A DNA stretch of 64,000 nucleotides from Candidatus Omnitrophota bacterium (GCA_028711115.1 JAQTSV010000001.1:6032-70031), one strand, 5' to 3'; shown: positions 41,216-50,977, counted from the stretch's first letter. Numbers and translations: made by a program. The notes: generated by a model from the letters alone, not told the origin.

Positions 41216-41494
41216 TCAATTGCTCCCTGGGTTAACTATTCTCTGGATTGCCGCATCGCGCATATTGCCCAAGCTTCTCCGCACACTTGGGAAAAATGCA
41301 GAAATACTAATCACTGTCAAAGCAGCCACAATAGTAAACAGAATAAAATATTCTATGATAACCTGGCCTGCGTTTTGTCTTAAAGATTTTGTTAAGGAAT
41401 GAAAAGGTGAGGATCTATGTAAGATAATATATATACTTCTTAAACACTTTTTAAAACTTATTCTTAATTCTGGAGTTATAAAGTTCATTTTCAT
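41216..41494 (-). CDS. flp: Flp-type pilin paralogue with an unusually long leader (start uncertain)
   Basis: ..LRQNAGQVIIEYFILFTIVAALTVISISAFFPSVRRSLGNM. It is tightly coupled to the next flp gene. Confidence 0.6.
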   Translation of the reverse strand: MKMNFITPELRISFKKCLRSIYIILHRSSPFHSLTKSLRQNAGQVIIEYFILFTIVAALTVISISAFFPSVRRSLGNMRDAAIQRIVNPGSN

Positions 41495-41667
41495 CTTTTT
41501 TTTGTGAGCAATAAAAAAACCGAGTTGTCTATTTCCTTATCGGATTTCGGCAGCCCGGCCATACAAACTCTACAACTACAGACTTCTGTTTTGTACCCGT
41601 GGCTTTGCTTTCCAACATATTTTGATTACTTTGGATTGCCCTTTCGTTTCCGACCCTTTGCACTACA

Positions 41668-41697
41668 AATATAACATATATATAATATATATGTCAA
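41668..41697 (-). promoter_or_regulatory. Candidate sigma70-type promoter for the flp array
   Basis: On the minus strand: TTGACA (41697-41692), an 18-nt spacer, then TATATT (41673-41668). It sits in a 320-bp AT-rich intergenic region ~170 nt upstream of the first flp ORF. Many -10-like hexamers occur here. Confidence 0.35.
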
Positions 41698-41813
41698 GGG
41701 TAAAAATTAAATTTTAGCAAGCGCTTTCTTCAATAAACACATAAGGTTACGAAATATTGGTAAAAATTAGTTGTGAGGCGCAAATTCTATTATAATCTAG
41801 CGAGGAAATAACC

Positions 41814-43358
41814 CTATCCCGAAAAGCAAAATAATTTACCCTGGCTGTCTTTTATCCCTGCTTCATTGAGCCGATGGCAAATATATTGTATGTCCGTATC
41901 TTTACATAACTTATTGTCAATAATGAGTTTATGTGATATAAAATCCCTGCTCTTTTTGATTACGGCCTTCTGCTTTAAAAAGGTTTCTTTTATTCTAAGT
42001 TCATTCCAGCTGCGGCACTCGTCGGAGAGGAACCTCTGCTGAAAATTATGAAACATAATTTTACCCAGCATTTCCAGGATTGCATCTAATGAGCTCGACG
42101 AGCTTTGCTCATTGGAAAGATCTGAATTAAAAAAATATGTGCTTTTTAATTCCTGTCCTTTTATCTTTTTTGTAAAGTCTTTATGGCGTTCTTCCGGAGC
42201 AAACCAATGGTATAACCATTTGTACGACAAATAGTTATGGATAATATCCCGGGGAATATTGGTAAGGATCCCTATCCTTGCCGCTGCCAAAGGACTATTT
42301 TTTAAGATAATTGCTGTTAGCTTAACTTCTTGTGGCACAAGATGTTGCGGTATATTTATTTCTTCAATTTGGTAGTAATATTCTAGGCCAACCTCCGGCC
42401 AAATAAACTTTTGTTTTGCAGGTTTCCTTTCAAACTCTGACATCATCTCTGACTGCCAGGGCCAGAATCCCATAAGAAAAAGAATCTTGTCCGAACCGGA
42501 AATCGGCTTATAATCTACGATCTCATTCTGCATGTTAATAAGCTCAATTTGTTTTATTCTCTTTGAAGTTTCCTGCGCCTCAAAGGCCAGGATAAAATTC
42601 AACACCTCCGACGAGAGAATGCTGGTTTCCTGTATATTGAAAATAGAAAATACGGTTTTATTATCAATAAACTCTTTTACATAACTACTTGCATTGTAAT
42701 ATGTTGTGATAAACTCTCTGTTTATCGTAGGTGTGTGCCAAAGGGCTTGTGAGCTTGCGTCTATGAAAAAACTACTGTCATCTCTGAGGTGAAATCTGAA
42801 ACCAGAAATAGGCGCGAGGCGCTGTTTAAGTTCTATAACTACTCCATTTGCAAAGAGTTGCGAATTTTGCATCACATTCAAAATCTGTCTGTATACTGCC
42901 TTGGCAGGCCTTTTACCCACCAATTGCCACACATTTGTATTGTCGTAACTATCTGCAGTAATTATATTTGTATCATATATCATCTTAAAAAAAATAAGTG
43001 CCTGAAGCACATTTTCCACATCCTCCAGGAAAGTTTTTGAAATCAGCGGCGAGATATTCAATAAAACCCTGGCTGCTGTTTTAGAAATATTCAGACGGTG
43101 ATCAACTGCCCGCAGCATAGAAAAACCACCATTTTCTATCTCTCCTTCTGTGGCTATGGGATGCTTAGATTTCCGGCCCACCGGGCTGGTTAATTCTTCT
43201 TTTATTAATATATTATTTACGGAAGACTTAGATAGGGCAATCCCGAATTTTTTGCTGGTGATTAAAGCCAGATTTCTGCAGCTAATATCAGGATCTTTCT
43301 GCTTATTGCTGATGATAAATCGGGTTACTTCTGGTTTAAGCTTATATATATTAGGCAT
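41814..43358 (-). CDS. Hypothetical 514-aa protein with a possible N-terminal HTH
   Basis: A long ORF flanked by AT-rich intergenic regions. The N-terminus PEVTRFIISNKQKDPDISCRNLALITSKKFGIALSKSSVNNILIKE looks HTH-like. I recognise no other motif. Confidence 0.6.
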   Translation of the reverse strand: MPNIYKLKPEVTRFIISNKQKDPDISCRNLALITSKKFGIALSKSSVNNILIKEELTSPVGRKSKHPIATEGEIENGGFSMLRAVDHRLNISKTAARVLLNISPLISKTFLEDVENVLQALIFFKMIYDTNIITADSYDNTNVWQLVGKRPAKAVYRQILNVMQNSQLFANGVVIELKQRLAPISGFRFHLRDDSSFFIDASSQALWHTPTINREFITTYYNASSYVKEFIDNKTVFSIFNIQETSILSSEVLNFILAFEAQETSKRIKQIELINMQNEIVDYKPISGSDKILFLMGFWPWQSEMMSEFERKPAKQKFIWPEVGLEYYYQIEEINIPQHLVPQEVKLTAIILKNSPLAAARIGILTNIPRDIIHNYLSYKWLYHWFAPEERHKDFTKKIKGQELKSTYFFNSDLSNEQSSSSSLDAILEMLGKIMFHNFQQRFLSDECRSWNELRIKETFLKQKAVIKKSRDFISHKLIIDNKLCKDTDIQYICHRLNEAGIKDSQGKLFCFSG

Positions 43359-43520
43359 AATCTATATTGGACATTTCTCCTATATAATATTAACATATTA
43401 AACAGTTTATGTCAATATGAAATGTAAAATGGACAATTATTATGGGTTGATAGTTGGTAAATTGGCTGGAATATCAGAAAATTGTAGCGATTTTACTTAT
43501 TATTTTTAATATAAATGTAA

Positions 43521-43877
43521 CTATGTTTCTGCTATTTCTATTGTATCTTTTAAAGCGGTGTTTGTCCTGGCTAAAGTGCCTGCGGGTAGTTCTATAACAA
43601 GGTGCCCCCTGAACCACGAACCCTGGAGTCTAAGCGGCGGCAAAAACACAGCCATGGCTACAACTTTACCGCTCTTATCCAGAAATGCCACATCTATACT
43701 AAAGCGCATAAAAAATGTGTGGATTGAATTGCAGGGCTTGATTACCAGGCCTTCTCCCGCAGCCAAGTTGTCTCTGCCTAAAAGGCCTCTGAGGCGTTTC
43801 AAAAACGTCTCTGCCATTTCTGCCTTGTCTGCCAGGATTGTATTTTTAGTCCTGTTTATAATTCTGACATTGCCCAT
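43521..43877 (-). CDS. DUF192-family small protein
   Basis: 118 aa. GLVIKPCNSIHTFFMRFSIDVAFLDKSGKVV..VIELPAG is the typical DUF192 (COG1430) pattern. Confidence 0.65.
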   Translation of the reverse strand: MGNVRIINRTKNTILADKAEMAETFLKRLRGLLGRDNLAAGEGLVIKPCNSIHTFFMRFSIDVAFLDKSGKVVAMAVFLPPLRLQGSWFRGHLVIELPAGTLARTNTALKDTIEIAET

Positions 43878-44039
43878 TATTTCAGAGTTTCTTACTTTCC
43901 TTAATCAGGCTTTGAATAAATAATAAGTCGGCGATTTGTTAATAACAATTTTATTATAATAGAAGAAACAAAGATGTCAACTCATTCGTATGCCAACCAA
44001 TCAATGCCGAGATTTGTCCGCTACGGAAGGGTGGAAATT

Positions 44040-44717
44040 TTATTTTCCATTCTTTAATTTCTCGGGATGGTGCCTTACGACTTCTGCCTGGACCATATAG
44101 ATTACATCCTCTGCGATATTTGTAGCATGATCACATATGCGCTCTAAAAAACGAGCTATTAACAACAACTGAACAGCTCTTGGCGCAGTAGTTCCATCTT
44201 TAACCATGTAATCTTCGATAAGCTCTTTTTGTATTTCATTGCGGAGCTGATCTGCTTCGGAATCGGATGATAAGACTTTTTTAGCTAAGACAATATCGCC
44301 TTTGACAAATGCATCTATGGACATCTTTACCATATTCTGCACAACAGCTGTTAACTTGGGTATGTCGACCAAAGGCTTTAAAAGTGGTTTGTCTACTACT
44401 TCAAGCGTACGTTGTGCTATATCTACGGCTATGTCCGCTATTCTTTCCAATTCGGCATTTATCTTCATACCGGTTGTAATAAAACGCAGGTCGCCAGCCA
44501 TAGGCTGATAGAGCGCTATTAAATCAATGCACTTTTCATCTACAACTAATTCCAATTTATCAATGTTGGAATCATTTTCTATAACGCTCCTGGCCATTTC
44601 CTTATCGCGATTCTTCAGCGCTTCCACAGATTTAAAGATGGCCTCTTCTGCTAAAGCACCCATCCTTAAGATATCTTTATTCAATTCTTTCAGTTCTTGA
44701 TCAACATGCCTTTCCAT
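44040..44717 (-). CDS. phoU: Phosphate-signalling regulator PhoU
   Basis: 225 aa with two PhoU repeats (..ELERIADIAVDIAQ.., ..FLERICDHATNIAEDVIY..), directly downstream of pstB. Confidence 0.9.
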   Translation of the reverse strand: MERHVDQELKELNKDILRMGALAEEAIFKSVEALKNRDKEMARSVIENDSNIDKLELVVDEKCIDLIALYQPMAGDLRFITTGMKINAELERIADIAVDIAQRTLEVVDKPLLKPLVDIPKLTAVVQNMVKMSIDAFVKGDIVLAKKVLSSDSEADQLRNEIQKELIEDYMVKDGTTAPRAVQLLLIARFLERICDHATNIAEDVIYMVQAEVVRHHPEKLKNGK

Positions 44718-44789
44718 ATTTAACCTTCTTTCTTTTTTTGTGTTTATTATACCCGGCCATATCGGATTGGCCGGCGTGTCATTTCTCTT

Positions 44790-45551
44790 CTATCCGAATC
44801 TTCCGGTAATGTAAGCCTCTGTTTTGGGATCTTTGGGCTTGGTGAAAATATCCTGCGTCTTGCCAAATTCTATTAGCTCACCCATTAAAAAGAATGCCGT
44901 ATAATCAGAAACCCTTGCTGCCTGTTGCATATTGTGCGTAACGATTACAATAGTGTATTCTTTTTTTAACTCCGTAATGAGTTCTTCTATTTTTGCGGTT
45001 GATATGGGGTCAAGGCTTGCGCATGGTTCATCAAACAAAATCACTTTAGACTCAACCGCAAGGCTTCTGGCAATGCATAATCTCTGCTGCTGGCCGCCGG
45101 AAAGCTTAAGTGCGCTATCACAAAGCCTGTCTTTTACTTCCAGCCACAACGCTGCTTTCTTCAACGACCACTCAACTTTTTCTTCGATAAACGATCTATC
45201 TTTAATCCCGTTTACCTTAAGGCCGTAGCTGATATTATCAAAAATGCTTTTGGGAAAAGGATTTGGTTTCTGAAAGACCATCCCCACCTGCCTTCTAATT
45301 TCAACGGCATCAACAAAAGGGTCAAAAATGTCCATGCCGTCGAGATATATCTTACCACTAAGTGCAGTATTAGGCACCAGTTCATTCATGCGGTTTAATA
45401 ACCTGATGAATGTTGACTTGCCGCATCCTGAAGGACCGATTATTGCCGTAACCTGATTCTTATAGATATCGAGATTTATATTTTTTAACGCTTGGGTCTT
45501 TCCGTAAAAGAAATCCACATTTTCTGACTTGATTTTTATTCCGCTATCCAT
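44790..45551 (-). CDS. pstB: Phosphate ABC transporter ATP-binding protein PstB
   Basis: Walker [10 protein letters not shown], signature [16 protein letters not shown], Walker B ILFDEP; PstB-typical ends. Confidence 0.93.
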   Translation of the reverse strand: MDSGIKIKSENVDFFYGKTQALKNINLDIYKNQVTAIIGPSGCGKSTFIRLLNRMNELVPNTALSGKIYLDGMDIFDPFVDAVEIRRQVGMVFQKPNPFPKSIFDNISYGLKVNGIKDRSFIEEKVEWSLKKAALWLEVKDRLCDSALKLSGGQQQRLCIARSLAVESKVILFDEPCASLDPISTAKIEELITELKKEYTIVIVTHNMQQAARVSDYTAFFLMGELIEFGKTQDIFTKPKDPKTEAYITGRFG

Positions 45552-46392
45552 AAATGCCTCTCTGTCTTTGTCGTATAAAAATAGCTATTCCTGAAATCGC
45601 CAGCACCATAAATAAAAGTATAAGGCTGCATCCGTAGGCGATTGCCGTCTGTTGATCGGGATGGGTGCCTTCGGTCATTAGCGCATAGATATGATACGGC
45701 AGCGCCATCACTTCGGAAAAAACTGATTTAGGATATCCGCGGGTATAAAAAGCTGCTGCCGTAAAAAGAATCGGCGCGGTCTCACCAGCAACTCTACCTA
45801 TGCTTAAGATAACACCAGTTAAAATCCCGGGCAGTGCCGTAGGCAAAACTATATTCTTTATTGTTTCCCATCTGGTTGCGCCAAGGGAAAACGACGCTTC
45901 TCTTATCGACTGGGGAACCGCCAATAATGCTTCCTGCGCGGAAGAAATTATTAAAGGAAGGGTTAAAATACCTAAGGTTAGGCTTCCTGAAAGTATTGAT
46001 ACGCCGAAGCCAAAGAATTTGACAAAAACCGCCAAACCAAAAAGTCCGAATACCACCGAAGGCACTCCTGCCAAATTATTAATACTTATTCTGATAAGAT
46101 TAACTATAAAACCTTTGGGAGAATATTCGCATAAATAAATCGCGCAGGCTATCCCTAAAGGCAAAGCAAAAAGTATCGCGCCTAAAGTCAAATAGAATGT
46201 GCCTACAATAGCTGGAGCAACCCCGCCCTGCGTCATACCTAATCTTGGCCCCTGGGTTAAAAATTCCCAAGAGATAACCTTAAAACCTCTTACGCTGATA
46301 AAATATATAATTGAGCCTAAAAAAAACAGGGTTGTAAGTATGCAAAGGAATAACGCAAAAAAACCCAAATTTTGAATAATATTTTTTTTCAT
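45544..46392 (-). CDS. pstA: Phosphate ABC transporter permease PstA
   Basis: 282-aa polytopic permease with EAA-like loop [17 protein letters not shown], in the pstSCAB order. Confidence 0.88.
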   Translation of the reverse strand: MKKNIIQNLGFFALFLCILTTLFFLGSIIYFISVRGFKVISWEFLTQGPRLGMTQGGVAPAIVGTFYLTLGAILFALPLGIACAIYLCEYSPKGFIVNLIRISINNLAGVPSVVFGLFGLAVFVKFFGFGVSILSGSLTLGILTLPLIISSAQEALLAVPQSIREASFSLGATRWETIKNIVLPTALPGILTGVILSIGRVAGETAPILFTAAAFYTRGYPKSVFSEVMALPYHIYALMTEGTHPDQQTAIAYGCSLILLFMVLAISGIAIFIRQRQRGIYG

Positions 46393-47264
46393 CCGCTTAA
46401 TCCTAATTTTATCCTGAAACGCCTGCTAATTATTTCAGCGATAATATTAAAAACAAATGTGGTCAGAAATAAAATAAGCGCAATGGCGAATAAGGCATGG
46501 TAATGCAAACCTCCCATGGGCGCTTCTCCCATTTCCGCAGCAATTGCTGCTGTCATGGGCCGCACCGGCTCTAAAAACGAATGCGGAATCACAGCTGCCC
46601 CTCCGGCAACCATCAAAACCGTCATGGTTTCACCTATGGCACGGCTCATACCTAAAATTATAGCCGTTGAGATTCCCGAGCCTGCTGCCGGTATTACCAC
46701 CTGTGTCAGAGTCTGCCACCTGTTTGCCCCTACAGCAAAGGACGCCTCGCGGAATGATTTCGGAACATAATTAAGCGCATCATCAGCAAAACTGCAGACC
46801 GTAGGTATTGCCATCACTCCTAAAACTAAACTTGCATTCAAAGCAGTCAAGCCAGTAGGAAGATGGAATAAAATCTGTAGTAACGGCGTAAGTATCACCA
46901 TTCCGAAGAAACCATACACTACAGAAGGAATGCTCGCCAATAGTTCGATTAAAGGTTTAAGTATTGCCCTTTGCTTATATCCGGCCAGCTCATGCAGATA
47001 AAGTGCGCTTCCCACGCCTAAAGGCACACAGACAAGTATTGCACCAAATGTTACCCATATAGAAGCCAATATCAAAGGTAAAATTCCAAACTCAGGAGTT
47101 GAGTAGGTAGGATACCAGGCCTTTCCTAAAATAAATTCCAATAGCTTAACTTTCTGAAAAATAGGCAGTGCCTCTTTAAAAAGAACGATTACAATACCTA
47201 TTAAAAATATCAAAGAAGTAAATGCCAAAACCGTAAAAATCCATTTATATAATTTTTCTTTCAT
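46389..47264 (-). CDS. pstC: Phosphate ABC transporter permease PstC
   Basis: 291-aa polytopic permease with SFREASFAVGANRWQTL; 4-nt overlap with pstA. Confidence 0.88.
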   Translation of the reverse strand: MKEKLYKWIFTVLAFTSLIFLIGIVIVLFKEALPIFQKVKLLEFILGKAWYPTYSTPEFGILPLILASIWVTFGAILVCVPLGVGSALYLHELAGYKQRAILKPLIELLASIPSVVYGFFGMVILTPLLQILFHLPTGLTALNASLVLGVMAIPTVCSFADDALNYVPKSFREASFAVGANRWQTLTQVVIPAAGSGISTAIILGMSRAIGETMTVLMVAGGAAVIPHSFLEPVRPMTAAIAAEMGEAPMGGLHYHALFAIALILFLTTFVFNIIAEIISRRFRIKLGLSG

Positions 47265-47311
47265 ATCATTTTTCTGTTACGCCCAGCGCTTATCGGAATT
47301 GCGTGGGTGTT

Positions 47312-47360
47312 GCGCATTCTGCGCTAAAGGAGACCGCGGCAGAGCCTTGCCCTGCCACGG
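47312..47360 (-). promoter_or_regulatory. Intercistronic stem-loops between pstS and pstC
   Basis: GCGCA-TTC-TGCGC (47312-47324) and CCGCGGCAG-N9-CTGCCACGG (47334-47360, one mismatch). No U-tract, so more likely an mRNA-stability or attenuation element than a full terminator. Confidence 0.35.
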
Positions 47361-47390
47361 TTTGAGGGTAATGGGTAAACGCTTTATTTT

Positions 47391-48203
47391 TTACCTTAAC
47401 CCTACAAATCCTTCTTCTTCAACTAATTTCTGGCCTTCCGGGCTCAAGATATAATCGATAAACTGCTTAGCCAAACCTTTCGGCACTCCATTGGTATACA
47501 TGAATAAGGGTCTGCCGATAGAGTACGTGCCGGTAAGCACAGTTTCTTTGGACGCCTTTACACCGTCAACATCAACTGCTTTAACTGAAGATGAGACATA
47601 ACCCAATCCAACGTAACCGATTGCTCCAGGTGTCCTGGAGACAGTTGAGGCTACTGCCTGATTAGAAGCCTGCAATAAGGCGTCGGGGCGCACCTTTTCT
47701 CCCTTCAATACCAATTCTCCGAATGCTTCAAAGGTTCCACTTGAACTATCGCGTGAGATAACCACAATCTTCTCATCAGAACCACCAACATCTTTCCAAT
47801 TGGAAATCTTTCCCGTAAAAATGTCCTTGATTTGCTTTTTGGTCATTGCCCTGATATTATTTGAAGGATTCACGATAACGCAAATTCCGTCCATTGCAAT
47901 TACATTTGCTTTTGCATCTACGCCATTACCAGCAGCTTTCTCATATTCCGTATCCTTCATTGCGCGAGAAGCATCAGCAATATTACAGTTTTTATCAATT
48001 AAAGAAGCAATGCCCACTCCTGAGCCGCCGCCGCGGACTGATATATCGGCTCCGGGGTTACTATTCATGAATACCTCGGCTGCCTTCTGTGCAATTGGCA
48101 ACACTGTAGTTGATCCTTCCACTACAATTTTTTCCGCATAACAGGGAATCTCCAGGCCAAGTATCACTACCGCTAGAATCAATGCTTTGCTTAAAACTTT
48201 CAT
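47391..48203 (-). CDS. pstS: Phosphate-binding protein PstS
   Basis: The ATG at 48203 is preceded by AAGGAGGATAAAGAA. It gives MKVLSKALILAVVILGLEIPCYA (signal peptide), then GSTTVLPIAQ..SVRGGGSGVG..ISRDSSSGT, which are PstS/PBP motifs. The track start at 48290 is an upstream extension. Confidence 0.9.
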   Translation of the reverse strand: MKVLSKALILAVVILGLEIPCYAEKIVVEGSTTVLPIAQKAAEVFMNSNPGADISVRGGGSGVGIASLIDKNCNIADASRAMKDTEYEKAAGNGVDAKANVIAMDGICVIVNPSNNIRAMTKKQIKDIFTGKISNWKDVGGSDEKIVVISRDSSSGTFEAFGELVLKGEKVRPDALLQASNQAVASTVSRTPGAIGYVGLGYVSSSVKAVDVDGVKASKETVLTGTYSIGRPLFMYTNGVPKGLAKQFIDYILSPEGQKLVEEEGFVGLR

Positions 48204-48271
48204 TTCTTTATCCTCCTTGTGTACAGACACAACACCGGTACAATTCCAATTAGCGCCGGGTGTCATTTTTG

Positions 48272-49597
48272 TTAGAATTTCACATTCCAATCCACCTGAA
48301 TCACCGATGCCGGCTTAGACTGTTGTGAGCCAAAATTACCTTTTAGCTGCCAACCATAATAATAATCCAATCCTAACCACGTATTTTTACCCAGACCCCA
48401 ATCAAACATCAATTCGTGCGATCTCATGCCGGTTTTTCCGCCGTAACGGTCGGAATCAGGTAAAATATCGAGAATTGCATCTCTTCCCAACATGGCATAA
48501 TTGTATCTAACCTGCCAATCTGCCCATTTCTCAATCTTCTCGGCGCCGAATTTTAGACCCACCATATAACCGGTGTTGTCCTGTTTCACCGACGACGAAA
48601 CATTATCCACAAATTCCCCAAACAGCGCCAGATATGGAAGGCTTAGACCCAATTTCTTGAATGGTTCCTTAATTGTCAACTCAACTGCAGGGATAATATT
48701 CTGATAACCATAAAGTAGTTTGCCTGAAGTACTGCTGGTGGTATTAGAATTCGTCCCAGTCGTACCATCTAAAGTCAAATCTTTAACATTGGCAGCATCA
48801 TAATAGGAGACGGCCGTTTTTAAAGAAACTGTATCTGTGAACTGGCTAGTAATACCGGCCTGCATAATGCCCATAATTGGGTCTTCGCCTTCATCGCTGT
48901 ACTCGTCAATAATGAAAATCCCCGGAGTCAGAAATAAGTCAATCTTTGAGTTGAGTTTCTTGGTAAGTTTGACTGCTGCTCCTTCTGGATTTATATCAGT
49001 ATCCCAAATCAAATCCCCCGGTTCCCAAAGCGGATTTTTGAATTTTCCTCCTATAATCGTAGCCCAAGAAACAGGAGAATACTGGACAAATGCATAGTCC
49101 AGCGTAACTGGATGTTTGGAAAAACCGTTCCCCAGGCTCTGGTTTGTAGAGCGTGCCTGGTCTTTATCTATAGTGCTGGCATCATCTTTACCGGTTGCCA
49201 AGCCAACACCAACCAGAATCTTATCGTTTACCTTTGATTCAAGGCCGAGTCTTAAACGTATACGAGCCTGGTTTCTGTTATTTGTCGTAGTTGTTCCTGA
49301 GCCGCTTGCCAGTGTTTTTGCATGATCCAATTGATAACGCAGCCTGAAATCACCTTTTAATTTGGTATTCTGTACCCAACTAGGCAAAGAAGAGTAGGTA
49401 CCTTTGGCAATTTCTTTTTTAACCTGTTCTTTTGTTTCTGTACCGATTTGCTGTGCTTCACCGGGAGTTAAAATACCTTTCTCAACTAGTTTCTGGAGCA
49501 AAATGTCTACTTCTCCTGCGCAAGATAAACGCGGCCCTGTTGCGAAACTAAAACTAATAAATCCGACTAATAAAATTGCTAATACAAGCTTCTTCAT
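48272..49597 (-). CDS. Outer-membrane porin, putative phosphate-selective (start ambiguous)
   Basis: The ATG at 49597 is preceded by AAAGGAGGAAAGAAAA. It gives MKKLVLAILLVGFISFSFA (signal peptide) and then a beta-strand-rich sequence ending ..VIQVDWNVKF (aromatic C-terminus). It is adjacent to pstS. The in-frame upstream extension to the GTG at 49804 also has a good SD (GGAGGTGGAGT). Confidence 0.7.
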   Translation of the reverse strand: MKKLVLAILLVGFISFSFATGPRLSCAGEVDILLQKLVEKGILTPGEAQQIGTETKEQVKKEIAKGTYSSLPSWVQNTKLKGDFRLRYQLDHAKTLASGSGTTTTNNRNQARIRLRLGLESKVNDKILVGVGLATGKDDASTIDKDQARSTNQSLGNGFSKHPVTLDYAFVQYSPVSWATIIGGKFKNPLWEPGDLIWDTDINPEGAAVKLTKKLNSKIDLFLTPGIFIIDEYSDEGEDPIMGIMQAGITSQFTDTVSLKTAVSYYDAANVKDLTLDGTTGTNSNTTSSTSGKLLYGYQNIIPAVELTIKEPFKKLGLSLPYLALFGEFVDNVSSSVKQDNTGYMVGLKFGAEKIEKWADWQVRYNYAMLGRDAILDILPDSDRYGGKTGMRSHELMFDWGLGKNTWLGLDYYYGWQLKGNFGSQQSKPASVIQVDWNVKF

Positions 49598-49800
49598 TTT
49601 TCTTTCCTCCTTTTCTAATGGAATGCTATAGAATTTACTAATTCGGCATGCATTTGTTTTTATTCTTTCATTTACACCTCCTTCATCGGACTTGGTTTCA
49701 AAAATCTGGCTGTAATAATCAATAATCCTTTCTGCTTCCTGGTCAGCCATTCTGTTGAAAAAGTTTTTTATTGAATTGATTATTTTCTTGAAGACTTTTT

Positions 49801-50001
49801 TCACACTCCACCTCCTACAAGCTCACAATCTTTCTCTTTGATATCGATATATTCGTGTCTAATATTAAAGCTAAATAACGGACAAAGCTCATAAAGAGCC
49901 AAGCAGCAATTTTCTCTTTCAAAAACCGAAGGAACCATTAAACCATCGTTAAAACGGTTGCATGTTGCGTATTTGCTTTTTGAACTCAAACAAGGACACA
50001 T
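49801..50001 (-). CDS. Small Cys-rich hypothetical protein (66 aa)
   Basis: The ATG at 50001 is preceded by AAAAAAGGAGAATAAAGCA (strong SD). It has 7 Cys (MCPC..C..CC..C..C). The stop overlaps the GTG at 49804 (GTGTGA), which suggests translational coupling. Confidence 0.45.
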   Translation of the reverse strand: MCPCLSSKSKYATCNRFNDGLMVPSVFERENCCLALYELCPLFSFNIRHEYIDIKEKDCELVGGGV

Positions 50002-50213
50002 TGCTTTATTCTCCTTTTTTGTATGTTTGTGTATCGAATTTATTCAAACTGCTGACAGAAATCATCCATGATCTTTAATTCGTCATGGATGACTCTATTC
50101 AGGTAATCCATTATCTTTCTTGCGAAGTTTTCTATAATTTTCGGCATAATATTTTATTCTTTTCTTTCCACGTTAAGCCTACAATAAGAATGTTACGAAA
50201 TCCTTAAAGGGAA

Positions 50214-50230
50214 GTGAACTTTTTGTGAAC
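50214..50230 (-). promoter_or_regulatory. Pho-box-like direct repeat upstream of the porin-pstSCAB-phoU cluster
   Basis: The minus strand reads TTCACA-AAAAG-TTCAC(T). These are two hexamers at an 11-bp period, as for OmpR/PhoB-family binding sites (compare the Bacillus PhoP TT[ATC]ACA repeats). Confidence 0.4.
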
Positions 50231-50269
50231 TCTTTTCCCGCCTCTTGCGGGATCCCGGATCTATTAAAA

Positions 50270-50977
50270 TTATACGTGCGGGAATGGTTCAAATTTATAC
50301 CCTTCCCCTTTTATTGTTTTGATGAATTGTGGATCTTCGGGGTCTTTTTCTATCTTTTCTCTGAGGTGGCTTATGTGTACATCGACATTGCCGTACTCAA
50401 CGATATTGTCCTGGCCCCAAACCGCATCCAGGATTTCACTGTGGCTTAAAATCCTGCCCGGATTATTAACAAAAAACTCTAAGATGCCTTTTTCTTTTTC
50501 CGTAAGGAGCATTTCCTGGTTGTTGCGTTTCACCAATGAGCCTTCCAAATCAATCTCCGAAGAACCAGCTCTGATTCTTTTGGCTGTATTGGATCTGGAT
50601 TCAATCCTGACCAGGACACGCTTAATTCTCACTACCAGCTCTCTTGGACTAAAGGGTTTAGTGATATAATCATCTATTCCCAGGTAAAAGCCTTTGAGTT
50701 TATCGTCGACCTCGGAAAGAGCGCTGAGCATAATAATAGGTATATGTCTTGTGCGTGTATTTTGCTTTAAGCGCCGGCATACTTCCCAACCGTCAATTCT
50801 TGGCAGCATGATATCGAGAATAATTAAGGAGGGCTTTTCGTTCTCGCAGATTTCCAGCGCTTCAATACCGCTTTTTGCGGAAATAACATCATAACCGGCT
50901 ATCGACAGATTAAAGGCAAGCAGCTTCACCAGTTCCTTTTCATCGTCGACGACTAAAATCTTTTTTTTTGCGATCAT
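50270..50977 (-). CDS. OmpR/PhoB-family response regulator (second copy)
   Basis: From Met13: MIAKKKILVVDDEKELVKLL..LIILDIMLPRIDGWEV..DDYITKPFSPRELV, plus a winged-helix C-terminus ..IKTIKGEGYKF. Confidence 0.88.
   Translation of the reverse strand: MIAKKKILVVDDEKELVKLLAFNLSIAGYDVISAKSGIEALEICENEKPSLIILDIMLPRIDGWEVCRRLKQNTRTRHIPIIMLSALSEVDDKLKGFYLGIDDYITKPFSPRELVVRIKRVLVRIESRSNTAKRIRAGSSEIDLEGSLVKRNNQEMLLTEKEKGILEFFVNNPGRILSHSEILDAVWGQDNIVEYGNVDVHISHLREKIEKDPEDPQFIKTIKGEGYKFEPFPHV

Noticed and set aside
41814-43358. Calling the 514-aa ORF an IS transposase / mobile element.
   Set aside because: I could recognise no DDE/DEDD motif set, no terminal inverted repeats and no target duplication. 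Only an HTH-like N-terminus supports the idea.
48204-48290. The 5' extensions of track ORFs for pstS (to 48290), phoR (to 52995), the second regulator (to 51013) and the TadG-like gene (to 37724).
   Set aside because: Internal ATGs give proper signal peptides or TM starts, are preceded by SD-like sequences or sit at stop/start junctions. The extensions would overlap upstream genes.
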